64,000 nucleotides of DNA, taken from positions 13,998 to 77,997 of the forward strand of contig SVAM01000005.1 in NCBI GenBank assembly GCA_015059425.1, read 5' to 3'. Shown here in pieces: positions 19,717-29,416 of this stretch. Each line of letters begins with the position of its first letter. The first letter of the stretch is position 1. The position numbers and the translations under genes were made by a program. This DNA comes from Bacillota bacterium. GTDB lineage: Bacteria > Bacillota_I > Bacilli_A > RF39 > UBA660. The notes beneath the pieces are model-generated. The model was not told the origin of the DNA and did no database searches. It saw only the letters and a list, made by a program, of their open reading frames with translations.

Positions 19717-20514
19717 ATGGGAAAATTAGATTTTTTAAAACATTTTAATTTAGCTAATTCTAAATATTATGATGCAAACGTTATGATAACAATTTTACAA
19801 GATATTTTAGGTAAAGATATACAAACAATAAAAAAAGAATTAGAAGAATTAAAAATAAATGTTACAGAGGAACAAATAAAAGAATTTTTAGATAATAAAT
19901 TTAAGGAAGAAGAACCTGAAGTTAAAGCTAGAATTGAAAAAAGAAAACATAACAAATCAACAACAATTAAATTTGGTAAATTGACTGATGAAGAAATAGA
20001 AGAATCAAGTAAACAATTTGTAGATGAATTAACAGCACAAAGATATGATTTTGATTCTTACACATTAAAATATTTTAAGAATTATTCTACTATAGTAAGA
20101 AATAAAGCAAAACAAATATTAGAAATTATTGACAAAATAATCGATAAAAAATATGCAGACATTGTTGATATGTTAATTGATTTAGATATTAATTTAAGTA
20201 ATAATAGTATTAAAAATGAAGATGTTATACGCTTAGTAGAACCATTTATTTATAATTATAATTTATTTATTGAAACTATAAATACTGCAAACAATTTAGA
20301 AACATATTTAAATCTTAAATTATCAGAACATTTAGTATATAAATATGGTAATTCTGAAGATGATTTATATCCAACAACGGCAATACATATAAAAAATTTA
20401 AATAACGATTATTTAGCAGGTAATATCCCTTTATCAGATAATGAAAGAATTGCTTTAGAAGAAAAAAGGATAAGAAACATGCAACGAATAATTAGAGAAT
20501 CAATTGATGATTAA
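19717..20514 (+). CDS. Hypothetical protein (265 aa)
   Basis: ORF preceded by RBS 'aaaggaggg'. No recognisable motif. Confidence 0.5.
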   Translation: MGKLDFLKHFNLANSKYYDANVMITILQDILGKDIQTIKKELEELKINVTEEQIKEFLDNKFKEEEPEVKARIEKRKHNKSTTIKFGKLTDEEIEESSKQFVDELTAQRYDFDSYTLKYFKNYSTIVRNKAKQILEIIDKIIDKKYADIVDMLIDLDINLSNNSIKNEDVIRLVEPFIYNYNLFIETINTANNLETYLNLKLSEHLVYKYGNSEDDLYPTTAIHIKNLNNDYLAGNIPLSDNERIALEEKRIRNMQRIIRESIDD

Positions 20515-20523
20515 AAAAATGGG

Positions 20524-21069
20524 TTATTTTAACCCATATGTATTACTATTATAGTCATAAAATATTGGTAATTTTAAAGGATAATATGTAAGTATAGCAT
20601 TAATTACTATTACTATAAGCCATAATAATATGACTTTTTTTTCTTTTTCGGGATTATAATTTTGTTCTAGTAATTTATAATTTAAGTATACACTTAATGC
20701 TATACATATAAAGTATACTATTAATGTTACAATTGTATTATCATTAGTTTTTAATATAAAGAAGTATATTGGACTAAATATTAACATTACTAGAATACAA
20801 CAAACTATAGCAGAAATAAAACCACTGTAACAAGTATTTAAATCTTGTTTTTTTCTTAATGTTAATTTTTCAAAAATACTCCAAACCATGAATGAACCAA
20901 TAATAATTTTATTATGCTCCCAAATACTTTCATTTACAGGAAATATAAGTGAAGTAAAAAAGTTAGGAAACCATATATATACAAAATGAAATAGGGCACT
21001 TAAGCCAAATATTGCAAATACACTTATGATTTTCCATATCTTTATATTTATATTTTCAAACATTTTCAT
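20524..21069 (-). CDS. Hypothetical polytopic membrane protein
   Basis: Five to six hydrophobic segments. Convergent with the upstream gene. Confidence 0.45.
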   Translation of the reverse strand: MKMFENINIKIWKIISVFAIFGLSALFHFVYIWFPNFFTSLIFPVNESIWEHNKIIIGSFMVWSIFEKLTLRKKQDLNTCYSGFISAIVCCILVMLIFSPIYFFILKTNDNTIVTLIVYFICIALSVYLNYKLLEQNYNPEKEKKVILLWLIVIVINAILTYYPLKLPIFYDYNSNTYGLK

Positions 21070-21141
21070 ATTTTATCACCTTATTATTAATATAATTAAA
21101 TAAGTAAAAAATATGATAAAAAAAATAACATTTTATTTATG

Positions 21142-21303
21142 TTACTTTTCAATAGTTCTAGCTTCTCTAGCAGAAATTCTAACTTTAGTTCCGTTAATAG
21201 TCTTTTTTTGAATATTAGGTTTTTGTTTTGTTTTTGTTGCATTTAAAGCATGACTTCTTTTGTTACCTGATAAAGGTTTCTTTGTTGTAACTTTCTTTGC
21301 CAT
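21142..21303 (-). CDS. rpmB: 50S ribosomal protein L28
   Basis: Hand translation gives 'MAKKVTTKKPLSGNKRSHALNATKTKQKPNIQKKTINGTKVRISAREARTIEK' (53 aa), a canonical L28. RBS 'ggagg' is present. Missing from the ORF track because it is shorter than 60 aa. Confidence 0.85.
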   Translation of the reverse strand: MAKKVTTKKPLSGNKRSHALNATKTKQKPNIQKKTINGTKVRISAREARTIEK

Positions 21304-21430
21304 ATTGCCACCTCCAAAAATTTGTTTACTTATAAAACTTTATCATATTATATGGTAAAAGTCAATTTATTTGTGATTAGTTTGGTATATTTAATTAATG
21401 AATGAATATAATTTTCTAGGAGATGATTTA

Positions 21431-22141
21431 ATGAATTGTAAAATACCATTTACAAAAGATATTCTTTTTGAAAAAAAGGTTAGTGAAATAACCAGTATTA
21501 GTTTAGAGCATGAAATTATATCAACAGATGATGATTTGAAAGGTAATTTTATTATTTCTGGTGATTTTAAAAGCCATGAAGTAAGCGTAAATAAAGAAGC
21601 ATTTTCTTATATTTTACCATTTGAAATAGAGCTAGCGGATGATATTGATAGAGATACTATTGAATTTATGATTGATGATTTTACTTATGAAATAGTGGAT
21701 AATAGTTCTTTAAGAGTTAATATTGATTTTAATGTTATCGCAAGTATTAAAGAAAAAGAGGAAGTAGAAGAACCATTGTTTAAAGATGCTAGAGAGTTAT
21801 TTGAAAATGAAAATAATGAAATAGAGTTAATTGATGATAGAAATGATACTTTAGAAAATCTTGAAGAAAAAATAAAAAATAAAGATACTATTGATAAAAA
21901 TAAAGAAATTAATGATAAAGAAGTTGAAAACAAAAAAATTACCGAAGACACTATAATTAATAGTTTAGAAAATACTGATAATGACTATACTACATATCAC
22001 ATTCATATGGTAAGTGATGGTGAAACTGTAGAAACTATATGTACTATGTATAATTCTAATATGACTATTTTATCTGAATACAATAATTTAAGTGATTTAT
22101 CGGTAGGGGATAAATTAATAATTCCAGAATCTAATGAATAA
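21431..22141 (+). CDS. spoVID: Stage VI sporulation protein D-like morphogenetic protein (N-terminal SpoVID domain plus C-terminal LysM)
   Basis: N-terminus 'FEKKVSEITSISLEHEIISTDDDLKGNFIISGDF' parallels B. subtilis SpoVID 'FQKGQEVSELLSISLDPDIRVQEVNDYVSIIGSLELTGEY'. Acidic middle region. C-terminal LysM 'HIHMVSDGETVETICTMYNSNMTILSEYNNL...GDKLIIP'. Confidence 0.65.
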   Translation: MNCKIPFTKDILFEKKVSEITSISLEHEIISTDDDLKGNFIISGDFKSHEVSVNKEAFSYILPFEIELADDIDRDTIEFMIDDFTYEIVDNSSLRVNIDFNVIASIKEKEEVEEPLFKDARELFENENNEIELIDDRNDTLENLEEKIKNKDTIDKNKEINDKEVENKKITEDTIINSLENTDNDYTTYHIHMVSDGETVETICTMYNSNMTILSEYNNLSDLSVGDKLIIPESNE

Positions 22142-23030
22142 TGCTTTAGAAAGTATTAAAAAAACATATAAACCTTATAGATTAACTAAAAAGAAAAATG
22201 TAACAATAATAGATTCAACGAGTGGTTCTTTTGTTATAAAAGAGAAAAGTAATAATAAAGTGCGTGATGCCTATAATTATTTAATAAGTCGAAATTTTGA
22301 TTATTTTCCAATGCTTGTTAGTGAGACACGTGATGATGTAAATATATTTGAATATGTGGAAGAAGTTGATATGCCAAAAGAACAAAAAGCATTAGATATG
22401 ATTGAATTAGTAGCGCTTTTACATAATAAGACTACATATTTTAAAGAAATAACGGAAGATAAGTATAAAGAAATATATGAAAATTTAAAAAATAATATTT
22501 TATATACTAAAAATTATTATGATAATCTATATAATATTATAGTAGAAGAAATATATATGAGTCCAAGCCATTATTTATTATTTAGGAATATGTACAAAAT
22601 ATTTTCTGCCATAGATTTTTGTAATGATGAATTGGATAATTGGTATGATAATACAAAAGATGATTTAAAGTCTCGTGTAGCGTATATTCATAATAATTTA
22701 GAAACAGATCATTTCATACGTAATAAAAAGGGATATTTAATAAGTTGGGAAAAATCAAAAATAGATTCGCCAATATTAGATTTAATTAATTTTTATCAAA
22801 AAGAATATATGAATTTAAATTTTGAAACTATATTTGAAAAATATTTAAGTAGTTATCCCTTAAATGATAATGAAAAAAAACTACTTTTTATAGTTCTTAG
22901 TATACCACCTACAATTGAAATAGATGGAGATGAGTTAAAAGTAGTTGAAAAAATCAGAAAAAAATTAGATTATATATTTAAAACTGAAAATTTAGTAAAA
23001 AAATTCATAGTTAACAACGAGGATATATAA
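22134..23030 (+). CDS. ysxE: CotS-family (kinase-like) spore coat protein, YsxE-like
   Basis: Overlaps the spoVID stop, as in the spoVID-ysxE operon. 'HNNLETDHFIRN' resembles the CotS/aminoglycoside-phosphotransferase catalytic loop 'HGDLxxxN'. Confidence 0.5.
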   Translation: MNNALESIKKTYKPYRLTKKKNVTIIDSTSGSFVIKEKSNNKVRDAYNYLISRNFDYFPMLVSETRDDVNIFEYVEEVDMPKEQKALDMIELVALLHNKTTYFKEITEDKYKEIYENLKNNILYTKNYYDNLYNIIVEEIYMSPSHYLLFRNMYKIFSAIDFCNDELDNWYDNTKDDLKSRVAYIHNNLETDHFIRNKKGYLISWEKSKIDSPILDLINFYQKEYMNLNFETIFEKYLSSYPLNDNEKKLLFIVLSIPPTIEIDGDELKVVEKIRKKLDYIFKTENLVKKFIVNNEDI

Positions 23031-23355
23031 TTCTAAATAATAAAAAGAATAACAAAGATATTTCTATTAACAAAATAAATAAATTAAATCTAATAGGAAG
23101 TATTAAAGTAATAAGTACTTGATAAAATATTAGTATTGATAAACCAAATATTGCTAAAATAGTAAAAAAACCTCCACCACAGTTTCTGTTTGGCCACATT
23201 TTTATCACCTAATTTATTATATGAACTTTTAATATTTTTGTTTATTTAATAAGTACTCTATGAAGAGTGCTTTTTCTGAAAGTAAAATAAATGTAAAAAG
23301 TTTACACTGATTTGTTAATTGTTTCTATAGTTTAATTTGTGCTATAATAGACTAG

Positions 23356-24207
23356 GTGAATAATATGAAGGAGAAAGTCTTTGTTAATATTGCTTTTGAT
23401 GAAGCAATAAAATCTTACATTGCCTGTTTAAATGATAAAGATAGTTTAAAGTACAACTCTTTCATAGTTGTTACTATTAGAATTCTTGCATTAATATATG
23501 GTAAGTTAGATATACTTAATCCATATTATTTAAATAATAATGTCGCTTTTTTTAATAATTTAGCTAAATATGGTATGAATAGAGCCGACTTAGCAGTATT
23601 CAAAGAAGAATTTTTAAATTTTTATAATTTTGAAAAAGAAAATGATACTAAAAAAATAAAAATTAAAAATCCATATTTTAAAACTGTATTAAAATATTTA
23701 GTAGATATGTTTGTAGCTAAAAAGAGGAATGCTGATGTTAGTATAGTAGAAGAAGAAAAATTTTTAGAACTAACATATACTACTCATACTAAAAATTATT
23801 ATCAAATTTCATATAGATATTTAAATATAGATGATGAAAGGTATATTGAAAAATATTATTATTCTAAATTAAATGAAATTGAAATGACTAGAGAAATGGA
23901 CTTAGGTAAAACTATTAGTACTCCACTTAACTTAGAAGCTTTAAATTATTTAGGAATTGGCTTATCTAATTTAAAAGATATGAGTATTGGAGATATTGAA
24001 AAAGCTCAAAATGAGGTATATAATTATTTTGAAGTTGACGCAACTAGTCAAACTAGAGATAAAGATTTAGAAGAAAATATGAACTATTACAAGATGTACG
24101 GTAAAAAAATAGCAACAGGAAATGGATATGTTGATATTTTACTATTAATGAGTGTAATAGTAACAACGTTAAGTGTAACAGCAATTATTATATGTAGTAT
24201 CATATAG
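23356..24207 (+). CDS. Hypothetical protein with a C-terminal TM anchor
   Basis: ORF only. One C-terminal hydrophobic segment 'ILLLMSVIVTTLSVTAIIICSII'. Confidence 0.45.
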   Translation: MNNMKEKVFVNIAFDEAIKSYIACLNDKDSLKYNSFIVVTIRILALIYGKLDILNPYYLNNNVAFFNNLAKYGMNRADLAVFKEEFLNFYNFEKENDTKKIKIKNPYFKTVLKYLVDMFVAKKRNADVSIVEEEKFLELTYTTHTKNYYQISYRYLNIDDERYIEKYYYSKLNEIEMTREMDLGKTISTPLNLEALNYLGIGLSNLKDMSIGDIEKAQNEVYNYFEVDATSQTRDKDLEENMNYYKMYGKKIATGNGYVDILLLMSVIVTTLSVTAIIICSII

Positions 24208-24215
24208 GAGGGTTT

Positions 24216-24497
24216 ATGGAAATAATTACAATTAATAACAAAAAATATCAAGTAATTAATAATTATCGAGATGCAATAAACATTGAAGAAATAGAGAGTA
24301 AGTTAACTGACTACTTTGATAATTTTGATTATATAGTAGGCGATATAGCTTATGGGAAATTAAGACTTAAAGGTTTTAATGATAAAACTAATAAAAATTT
24401 TAAAGAATTTAATAATGTTGAAAAAGTAGAAGATTATATAACAAATAATTGTGCTTATGGATGTCGTTGGTTCATGATTAAAGAAATAAAAGATTGA
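24216..24497 (+). CDS. yutD: YutD-like protein (DUF1027)
   Basis: 'INNKKYQVINNYRDAINIEEIESKLTDYFDNFDYIVGDIAYGKLRLKGF' resembles the YutD family. Confidence 0.5.
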   Translation: MEIITINNKKYQVINNYRDAINIEEIESKLTDYFDNFDYIVGDIAYGKLRLKGFNDKTNKNFKEFNNVEKVEDYITNNCAYGCRWFMIKEIKD

Positions 24498-24545
24498 TTA
24501 AAAAATTTTGATTTGTTATAATATTATAAGAATAGAGGGATTGAA

Positions 24546-25490
24546 ATGGCAAAGATTAATATAACTAAATCTTCAGGTGGTACTGAATCATTAACTCTAT
24601 TAAATGCTTTTAAAGCAGATAATAGTGATTATGTTATTTTTGATAGTGAACGTTTAGGTTCAATGGGATTACCTATTATTTATGTTTCTAAGTATACAGA
24701 TAAGTTAGAAAAAATTAATGATGTTAATGAATGGCAAAGTGTAAAAAATTATTTAAAAGGGATTATAAATGGGACTAATTTTGAGTATATAAAATTACCT
24801 GAAAGTATTAATGCTGATGAGGTTTATTATACGCCATTAACATTACCACAAGCATCATTTGATGCTATAAAAAGTAGATATATAGTAGATAATAGAAGTA
24901 ATAGTGGAGAAGAAACATTAGCTTTAAATGATGTAAGCTCTATATCTGAAAATGTTAATATCAATTCTTCTGTAACACCTGCTTTAAGTAATGTTGCGCC
25001 AACTACACCAATTATGCCAAATAATAATGTGATTAGTAATGTAGAAGTTACTAACAATCCAGTTAATTTAGCACCTATAAGTGCTGTGCTGCATGAGACT
25101 TCAATAGTTAATAATACTAATCCACAACATGAGTCTGTTGTGGATCCTATAGTGGTGCCAGAAAATCCGATTAATAATTTAGAAAATAAAAATATCCAAG
25201 CAGGTTTTGAAAGTGATAAAGAAACATTTTTAAGAGCTTGCGAGAATATGTTTGACGCTTTAGTTTCAAAATATCAAAAAAAATTAGAAGATGTTGAAAG
25301 AAGAGAGCAAGAATTAGCAAGAAAAGAACTAGAAATTGAAACTAAACTTAGAAATGCCCAAGAGCATTTAGCTAATGCCGAAGCTCGTGAAACTGTTGCA
25401 AACATTGCACATGATCATGCTCAAAAAGTTATGGATATATCTGCATTTATGCCAAATAATCCAAATGATAATCAAGCTGGTGTTATATAA
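24546..25490 (+). CDS. Hypothetical protein (globular N-domain, Asn/Pro/Val-rich linker, C-terminal coiled coil)
   Basis: ORF only. The linker 'NVNINSSVTPALSNVAPTTPIMPNNNVISNVEVTNNPVNLAPI' is low-complexity. Confidence 0.45.
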   Translation: MAKINITKSSGGTESLTLLNAFKADNSDYVIFDSERLGSMGLPIIYVSKYTDKLEKINDVNEWQSVKNYLKGIINGTNFEYIKLPESINADEVYYTPLTLPQASFDAIKSRYIVDNRSNSGEETLALNDVSSISENVNINSSVTPALSNVAPTTPIMPNNNVISNVEVTNNPVNLAPISAVLHETSIVNNTNPQHESVVDPIVVPENPINNLENKNIQAGFESDKETFLRACENMFDALVSKYQKKLEDVERREQELARKELEIETKLRNAQEHLANAEARETVANIAHDHAQKVMDISAFMPNNPNDNQAGVI

Positions 25491-25526
25491 GCATCAGTTT
25501 TTTCATATATTTTAATAGTGATTTAT

Positions 25527-26447
25527 ATGAAAGATAGTATTAATTTCTATTATAATTTTAATATTAGTGAGGTTGAATATTGGGGTAATACATATCGTTT
25601 CCTTTTGAATAATAGTTATTCTTATTTTGTGCCATTAAAAAGAACGAATGAAGAGCTTGAAGACATTGTAAATATTAGTAAGGAATTAAAAGCAAGAGGT
25701 TTAGAAGTACATGATATATTATTAAATAAATTTGGTAAAATAGTTACAAATGTTTATAATGAAAATTATATATTATTAAAACCATTAAATGATATATATG
25801 AAGAATATGATATTTCGGATATTATTAATTTAAATAAAAAATTAATATTATCTCCAAATAAAAGTAAATTGTATCGTAATTCTTGGAGCAGATTATGGAG
25901 TGAAAAGATAGACTTTTTTGAATACCAAATTCATGAATTAGGTAAAGATAAAAAAATTATATTAAATAGTTTTAGTTATTACATAGGTTTAGCAGAAAAT
26001 GCTATAAGTTATGTAAATTCAACAATTAATAATTATAAACCAAATGATAACGATAAAATATGTTTGTCTCATAGAAGAATAAATTATCCCAATTATAAAT
26101 TAAATTTTTTAAATCCTATAAGTTTTATATTTGATTTAGAGATTAGAGATATAGCAGAGTATATAAAAAGTTCTTTTTTTTATGGTGATGATGCTTTAAA
26201 TAATTTAAGATTAGCTTTGAAATTAAATAATTTTTCTGTTTATAGTTTACAACTTTTATATGCAAGACTTTTATATCCGTGTTATTACTTTGATCTATAT
26301 GAAAAAATAATTAATGAAGAAGAAAGTGAGGAATGTTTAATTCCTGTAATAGAAAAAAATAAAGAATATGAAAAATTTTTAAAAAATGCTTATTATGAAA
26401 TTAGTAAATACGCTTCAATTGAAAGAGTGGAGTGGTTATTAAAATAA
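25527..26447 (+). CDS. CotS/YutH-like spore coat protein (kinase-like fold)
   Basis: Weak family resemblance. Sits next to a yutD-like gene and a yutI-like nifU, echoing the Bacillus yutD..yutH..yutI order. Confidence 0.35.
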   Translation: MKDSINFYYNFNISEVEYWGNTYRFLLNNSYSYFVPLKRTNEELEDIVNISKELKARGLEVHDILLNKFGKIVTNVYNENYILLKPLNDIYEEYDISDIINLNKKLILSPNKSKLYRNSWSRLWSEKIDFFEYQIHELGKDKKIILNSFSYYIGLAENAISYVNSTINNYKPNDNDKICLSHRRINYPNYKLNFLNPISFIFDLEIRDIAEYIKSSFFYGDDALNNLRLALKLNNFSVYSLQLLYARLLYPCYYFDLYEKIINEEESEECLIPVIEKNKEYEKFLKNAYYEISKYASIERVEWLLK

Positions 26448-26453
26448 AAAGAG

Positions 26454-26690
26454 TTATAACAATATATTTATAACTCCTTCAATCTCTGGTACTTGTTCTT
26501 TTAAATAAGCTTCTATGCCAAAATTAATAGTTTCATCCTGAAAAGCACAATGAGCACATGCTCCAGTTAATTTTATATAAACAAAATTATCTTCATATCT
26601 AATAAATTCTATATCTCCACCATCTTGATTTAAAAATGGTCGTAAATCTTCAATTAATTCTTTTATTTTATTTTCCAATTTTATCACCAA
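26454..26690 (-). CDS. nifU: NifU-like Fe-S cluster scaffold (Nfu / YutI type)
   Basis: 'IKLTGACAHCAFQDETINFGIEAYLKEQVPEIEGVINI' is the NifU C-terminal domain with the CxxC motif. Confidence 0.8.
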   Translation of the reverse strand: MVIKLENKIKELIEDLRPFLNQDGGDIEFIRYEDNFVYIKLTGACAHCAFQDETINFGIEAYLKEQVPEIEGVINILL

Positions 26691-26757
26691 AAATATTATA
26701 AGTTAAAAAAATTTTAAAGTAAAGACATTTGTGGTATAATTTAATTGGTGAAATATT

Positions 26758-27108
26758 ATGTATAAAATAGGAGAGATAGTAAAGTGTACTGTAACAGGTT
26801 TTAAAGATTATGGGATATTTGTAAAAATTGATGAAACATTTGATGGTTTAATTCATATATCTGAAATATCTGAATCATATGTAAGAAATGTTAATGATTA
26901 TAGTGAAATAGGTGAAGAAATATATGCTAAAATTATTGAAATAGATGAGGAAGCTAATCATATTAAATTGACTATAAAAGATATGAATTACAAAATTGAT
27001 GGTAATGATATAAGAGAAATAGATAAAAATGGTTTTATGCCGTTAAAGAAAAATCTAAATGTATGGATCAATGATAAATTAAAAGAAATTAATGATGCTC
27101 AAAATTAA
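26758..27108 (+). CDS. S1 RNA-binding domain protein (general stress protein 13 / YugI-like)
   Basis: 'IGEIVKCTVTGFKDYGIFVKIDETFDGLIHISEIS' is an S1 domain. Confidence 0.75.
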   Translation: MYKIGEIVKCTVTGFKDYGIFVKIDETFDGLIHISEISESYVRNVNDYSEIGEEIYAKIIEIDEEANHIKLTIKDMNYKIDGNDIREIDKNGFMPLKKNLNVWINDKLKEINDAQN

Positions 27109-27113
27109 AACTA

Positions 27114-27145
27114 TGAAAAAAACTCTAGATATCTAGAGTTTTTAA
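27114..27145. terminator. Bidirectional terminator
   Basis: Perfect palindrome 'aactctagat|atctagagtt', A-run before and T-run after. Lies between the convergent S1 gene and tRNA-Leu. Confidence 0.55.
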
Positions 27146-27154
27146 AATTCAAGA

Positions 27155-27243
27155 TGGTGCCCAAGGCCGGACTTGAACCGGCACGAGCTTTAACACCCGC
27201 AGGATTTTAAGTCCTGTGCGTCTACCTATTCCGCCACTTGGGC
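27155..27243 (-). tRNA. tRNA-Leu (anticodon TAA)
   Basis: Reverse complement gives 'gcccaagtggcggaataggtagacgcacaggaCTTAAAAtcctgcg...ggttcaagtccggccttgggcacca'. Long variable arm. Encoded CCA. Confidence 0.85.
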
Positions 27244-27273
27244 AGGCACTGTCTTAATTAATAAGACTATTTA

Positions 27274-27302
27274 AGTATAATATGAATTAATTTATTTTTC
27301 AA
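27274..27302 (-). promoter_or_regulatory. Sigma-A-type promoter for tRNA-Leu
   Basis: On the minus strand: TTGAAA, 17 bp, TATACT, about 30 nt upstream of the tRNA 5' end. Confidence 0.5.
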
Positions 27303-27401
27303 GTATTTTTTAATAAAACTTATTATTTTTTTCAAAAAAACGTATTTTTTTCTATGAAACTCTTAATAATATTAGAGAAGCCAAAAAAAATATAAATTTT
27401 G

Positions 27402-27431
27402 TTGACATCTAAAAATGTATTATGTTATAAT
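27402..27431 (+). promoter_or_regulatory. Sigma-A-type promoter for the four-tRNA operon
   Basis: TTGACA (27402..27407), 18 bp, TATAAT (27426..27431), about 37 nt upstream of tRNA-Ser. Confidence 0.6.
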
Positions 27432-27467
27432 GTATTCGTTGACAAAAAAAAGGAAACAAAGGCCTAT

Positions 27468-27560
27468 GGAGGAATACCCAAGTCTGGTTGAAGGGACCGG
27501 TCTTGAAAACCGGGAGGCCGCGCAAGCGACGCAGGGGTTCGAATCCCTTTTCCTCCGCCA
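27468..27560 (+). tRNA. tRNA-Ser (anticodon TGA)
   Basis: 'ggaggaatacccaag...accggtCTTGAAAaccgg...gcaggggttcgaatcccttttcctccgcca'. Long variable arm. Confidence 0.85.
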
Positions 27561-27586
27561 CTTATTTTGTTAAACATGTTATATAT

Positions 27587-27663
<77 letters not shown>

Positions 27664-27668
27664 AAGTT

Positions 27669-27745
27669 GGTCCGTTAGTCTAGAGGCCTATGACGTCTGC
27701 CTGTCACGCAGAAGATCACGGGTTCGAATCCCGTACGGACCGCCA
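27669..27745 (+). tRNA. tRNA-Asp (anticodon GTC)
   Basis: 'ggtccgttagtctag...tctgcctGTCacgcaga...cgggttcgaatcccgtacggaccgcca'. Confidence 0.8.
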
Positions 27746-27752
27746 TTTTTTT

Positions 27753-27828
<76 letters not shown>

Positions 27829-27928
27829 TCTTGAAATTAAACTCGAGCATATAATGTTCGAGTTTTATAATACAAAATTATTTTTTTATGTTATAATAAA
27901 AAACATATTATTTTGGGGCTGATAAGTT

Positions 27929-28858
27929 ATGAGGAATATAGAAACAAATTTATATGAAGCATCTTTAATTTGTGAAGGGATGTGTTGTTATAACACTGAA
28001 TTTTCTAAAATATATCCATTTACAACAGAAAATATTTCTGGATATATAGATTATTTTGATTTAAATAATAAAAGTTTATTAACAGTTGGATCATCAGGTG
28101 ATCAAATATTAAATGCGTTTTATAATGGTGCAAGAGATATAACATTATTTGATATAAACGAATATGCCAAATATTATGTTTATTTAAAAATATCTGCGAT
28201 ATTATCTTTATCATATAATGAATTTAAATTATTTTTCTTTAAACATACAACTAGTCCTTTCAAACAAAATGAATATATGTTTTCTAAAGAAATATTTAAA
28301 AAAATCAAAGAAAATTTAAGAATATTTGATTATGAATCTTATTTATTTTTTGATGAGTTGTTTTCGTTATATGAAGGTTCAATAATAAGAGATAGATTAT
28401 TTGATGATGATGAAGATAGAAATAAGGTTATTATAAAATTTAATAAATATTTAAAAGACGAAGAATCATATAATAAATTACAATCAATAATTAGAGAGAT
28501 TAGTTTTAAATATATACAAGGTAATTTTTTTGAAGATGATATTAATGGTAAATATGAAAATATATTTTTATCTAATTTATGTTCTATTACAAGTTTAGAA
28601 AAATTAAAAAAATTATTAGAAAAATTAGATAGAAATAATTTAAAAAATGCAGGTAGTATTTTAGTTGGATATTTATGGAACACTAATTTTCATTCAGATG
28701 AATTTTCAGATGATTGGAAAGAAATTTATAAACTGCCAATTGTAAGAGAATATTTAAAAAAGTTTATTACTAACCATTATCAAATTAACGGAGCAAGAGA
28801 TATTCTATGGCAAGAAGATAAAAAAGGTGACTTAGTATTAGTATATAGAAAAAAATAA
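27929..28858 (+). CDS. Hypothetical protein, possibly DUF3419 (BtaA-like SAM-dependent) family
   Basis: 'SLLTVGSSGDQILNAF...DITLFDIN' resembles a Rossmann motif I plus the acidic motif II of the DUF3419 family. First gene after the tRNA cluster. Confidence 0.4.
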   Translation: MRNIETNLYEASLICEGMCCYNTEFSKIYPFTTENISGYIDYFDLNNKSLLTVGSSGDQILNAFYNGARDITLFDINEYAKYYVYLKISAILSLSYNEFKLFFFKHTTSPFKQNEYMFSKEIFKKIKENLRIFDYESYLFFDELFSLYEGSIIRDRLFDDDEDRNKVIIKFNKYLKDEESYNKLQSIIREISFKYIQGNFFEDDINGKYENIFLSNLCSITSLEKLKKLLEKLDRNNLKNAGSILVGYLWNTNFHSDEFSDDWKEIYKLPIVREYLKKFITNHYQINGARDILWQEDKKGDLVLVYRKK

Positions 28859-28864
28859 CTTTTT

Positions 28865-28890
28865 AGAATCTATTAAAGATTCTTTTTTTA
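28865..28890 (+). terminator. Rho-independent terminator
   Basis: 'agaatct-attaa-agattct' followed by T6. Confidence 0.6.
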
Positions 28891-28938
28891 TTGTATATTT
28901 TTAATTATAAAGGTTAAATTAAAAATGGAGGAAAAAAT

Positions 28939-29373
28939 ATGGATAAAGAAAATGAAATTAATGTATTAGACGAGTTAAATAAGGGAGCTTGTATGGGAAT
29001 GGACGCTATTCATTTTGTACTTGATAAAGTTGAAGATAAAAAACTTAAGGAAGAATTAGAAAAAGAGTACAATAATTATAAAGCTATAAATAAAAAAATT
29101 GTGGAGTTATATCCAGAGTATAGCAAGGATGAACCACATGAAACAAATGCTATGAATAAGGCTATGACATGGTATACAATTGAAATTAAAACATTTATGG
29201 ATAATAGCAATTCTAAAATAGCAGAATTAATATTACAAGGTATGAATATGGGGGTTATAGAAGGTAGAAAACTACTAAATCATAAACATACTGATGAAGA
29301 AGTTAATAAACTAGTCAATGAATATGTTAATATGCAAGAGCATGCTATAGAGAAAATAAAACAATTTTTATAA
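28939..29373 (+). CDS. Hypothetical helical protein (144 aa)
   Basis: ORF preceded by RBS 'aaatggagg'. No motif recognised. Confidence 0.45.
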   Translation: MDKENEINVLDELNKGACMGMDAIHFVLDKVEDKKLKEELEKEYNNYKAINKKIVELYPEYSKDEPHETNAMNKAMTWYTIEIKTFMDNSNSKIAELILQGMNMGVIEGRKLLNHKHTDEEVNKLVNEYVNMQEHAIEKIKQFL

Positions 29374-29416
29374 GAATAAAAATTATTAAAGAGTAATAAA
29401 ATATAATGGTGATAAA

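Noticed and set aside
23011-23208. 65-aa hydrophobic minus-strand ORF overlapping the end of the ysxE-like gene
   Set aside because: There is no RBS, and it overlaps a convergent gene by 20 bp. A hydrophobic reading of AT-rich DNA is a common artefact. Confidence is too low to list as a feature.
24827-25057. Minus-strand ORF inside the 24546..25490 gene; similar ones at 6325..6525, 46438..46890, 52690..52935, 53293..53541, 55041..55274 and 61661..61955
   Set aside because: All are embedded antisense or out-of-frame within longer, better-supported genes and have low-complexity composition.
27251-27267. Palindrome 'gtcttaattaataagac' upstream of tRNA-Leu
   Set aside because: It is short and AT-rich and has no adjacent T-run. 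It could be an operator, but nothing supports that beyond symmetry, which AT-rich intergenic DNA produces readily.
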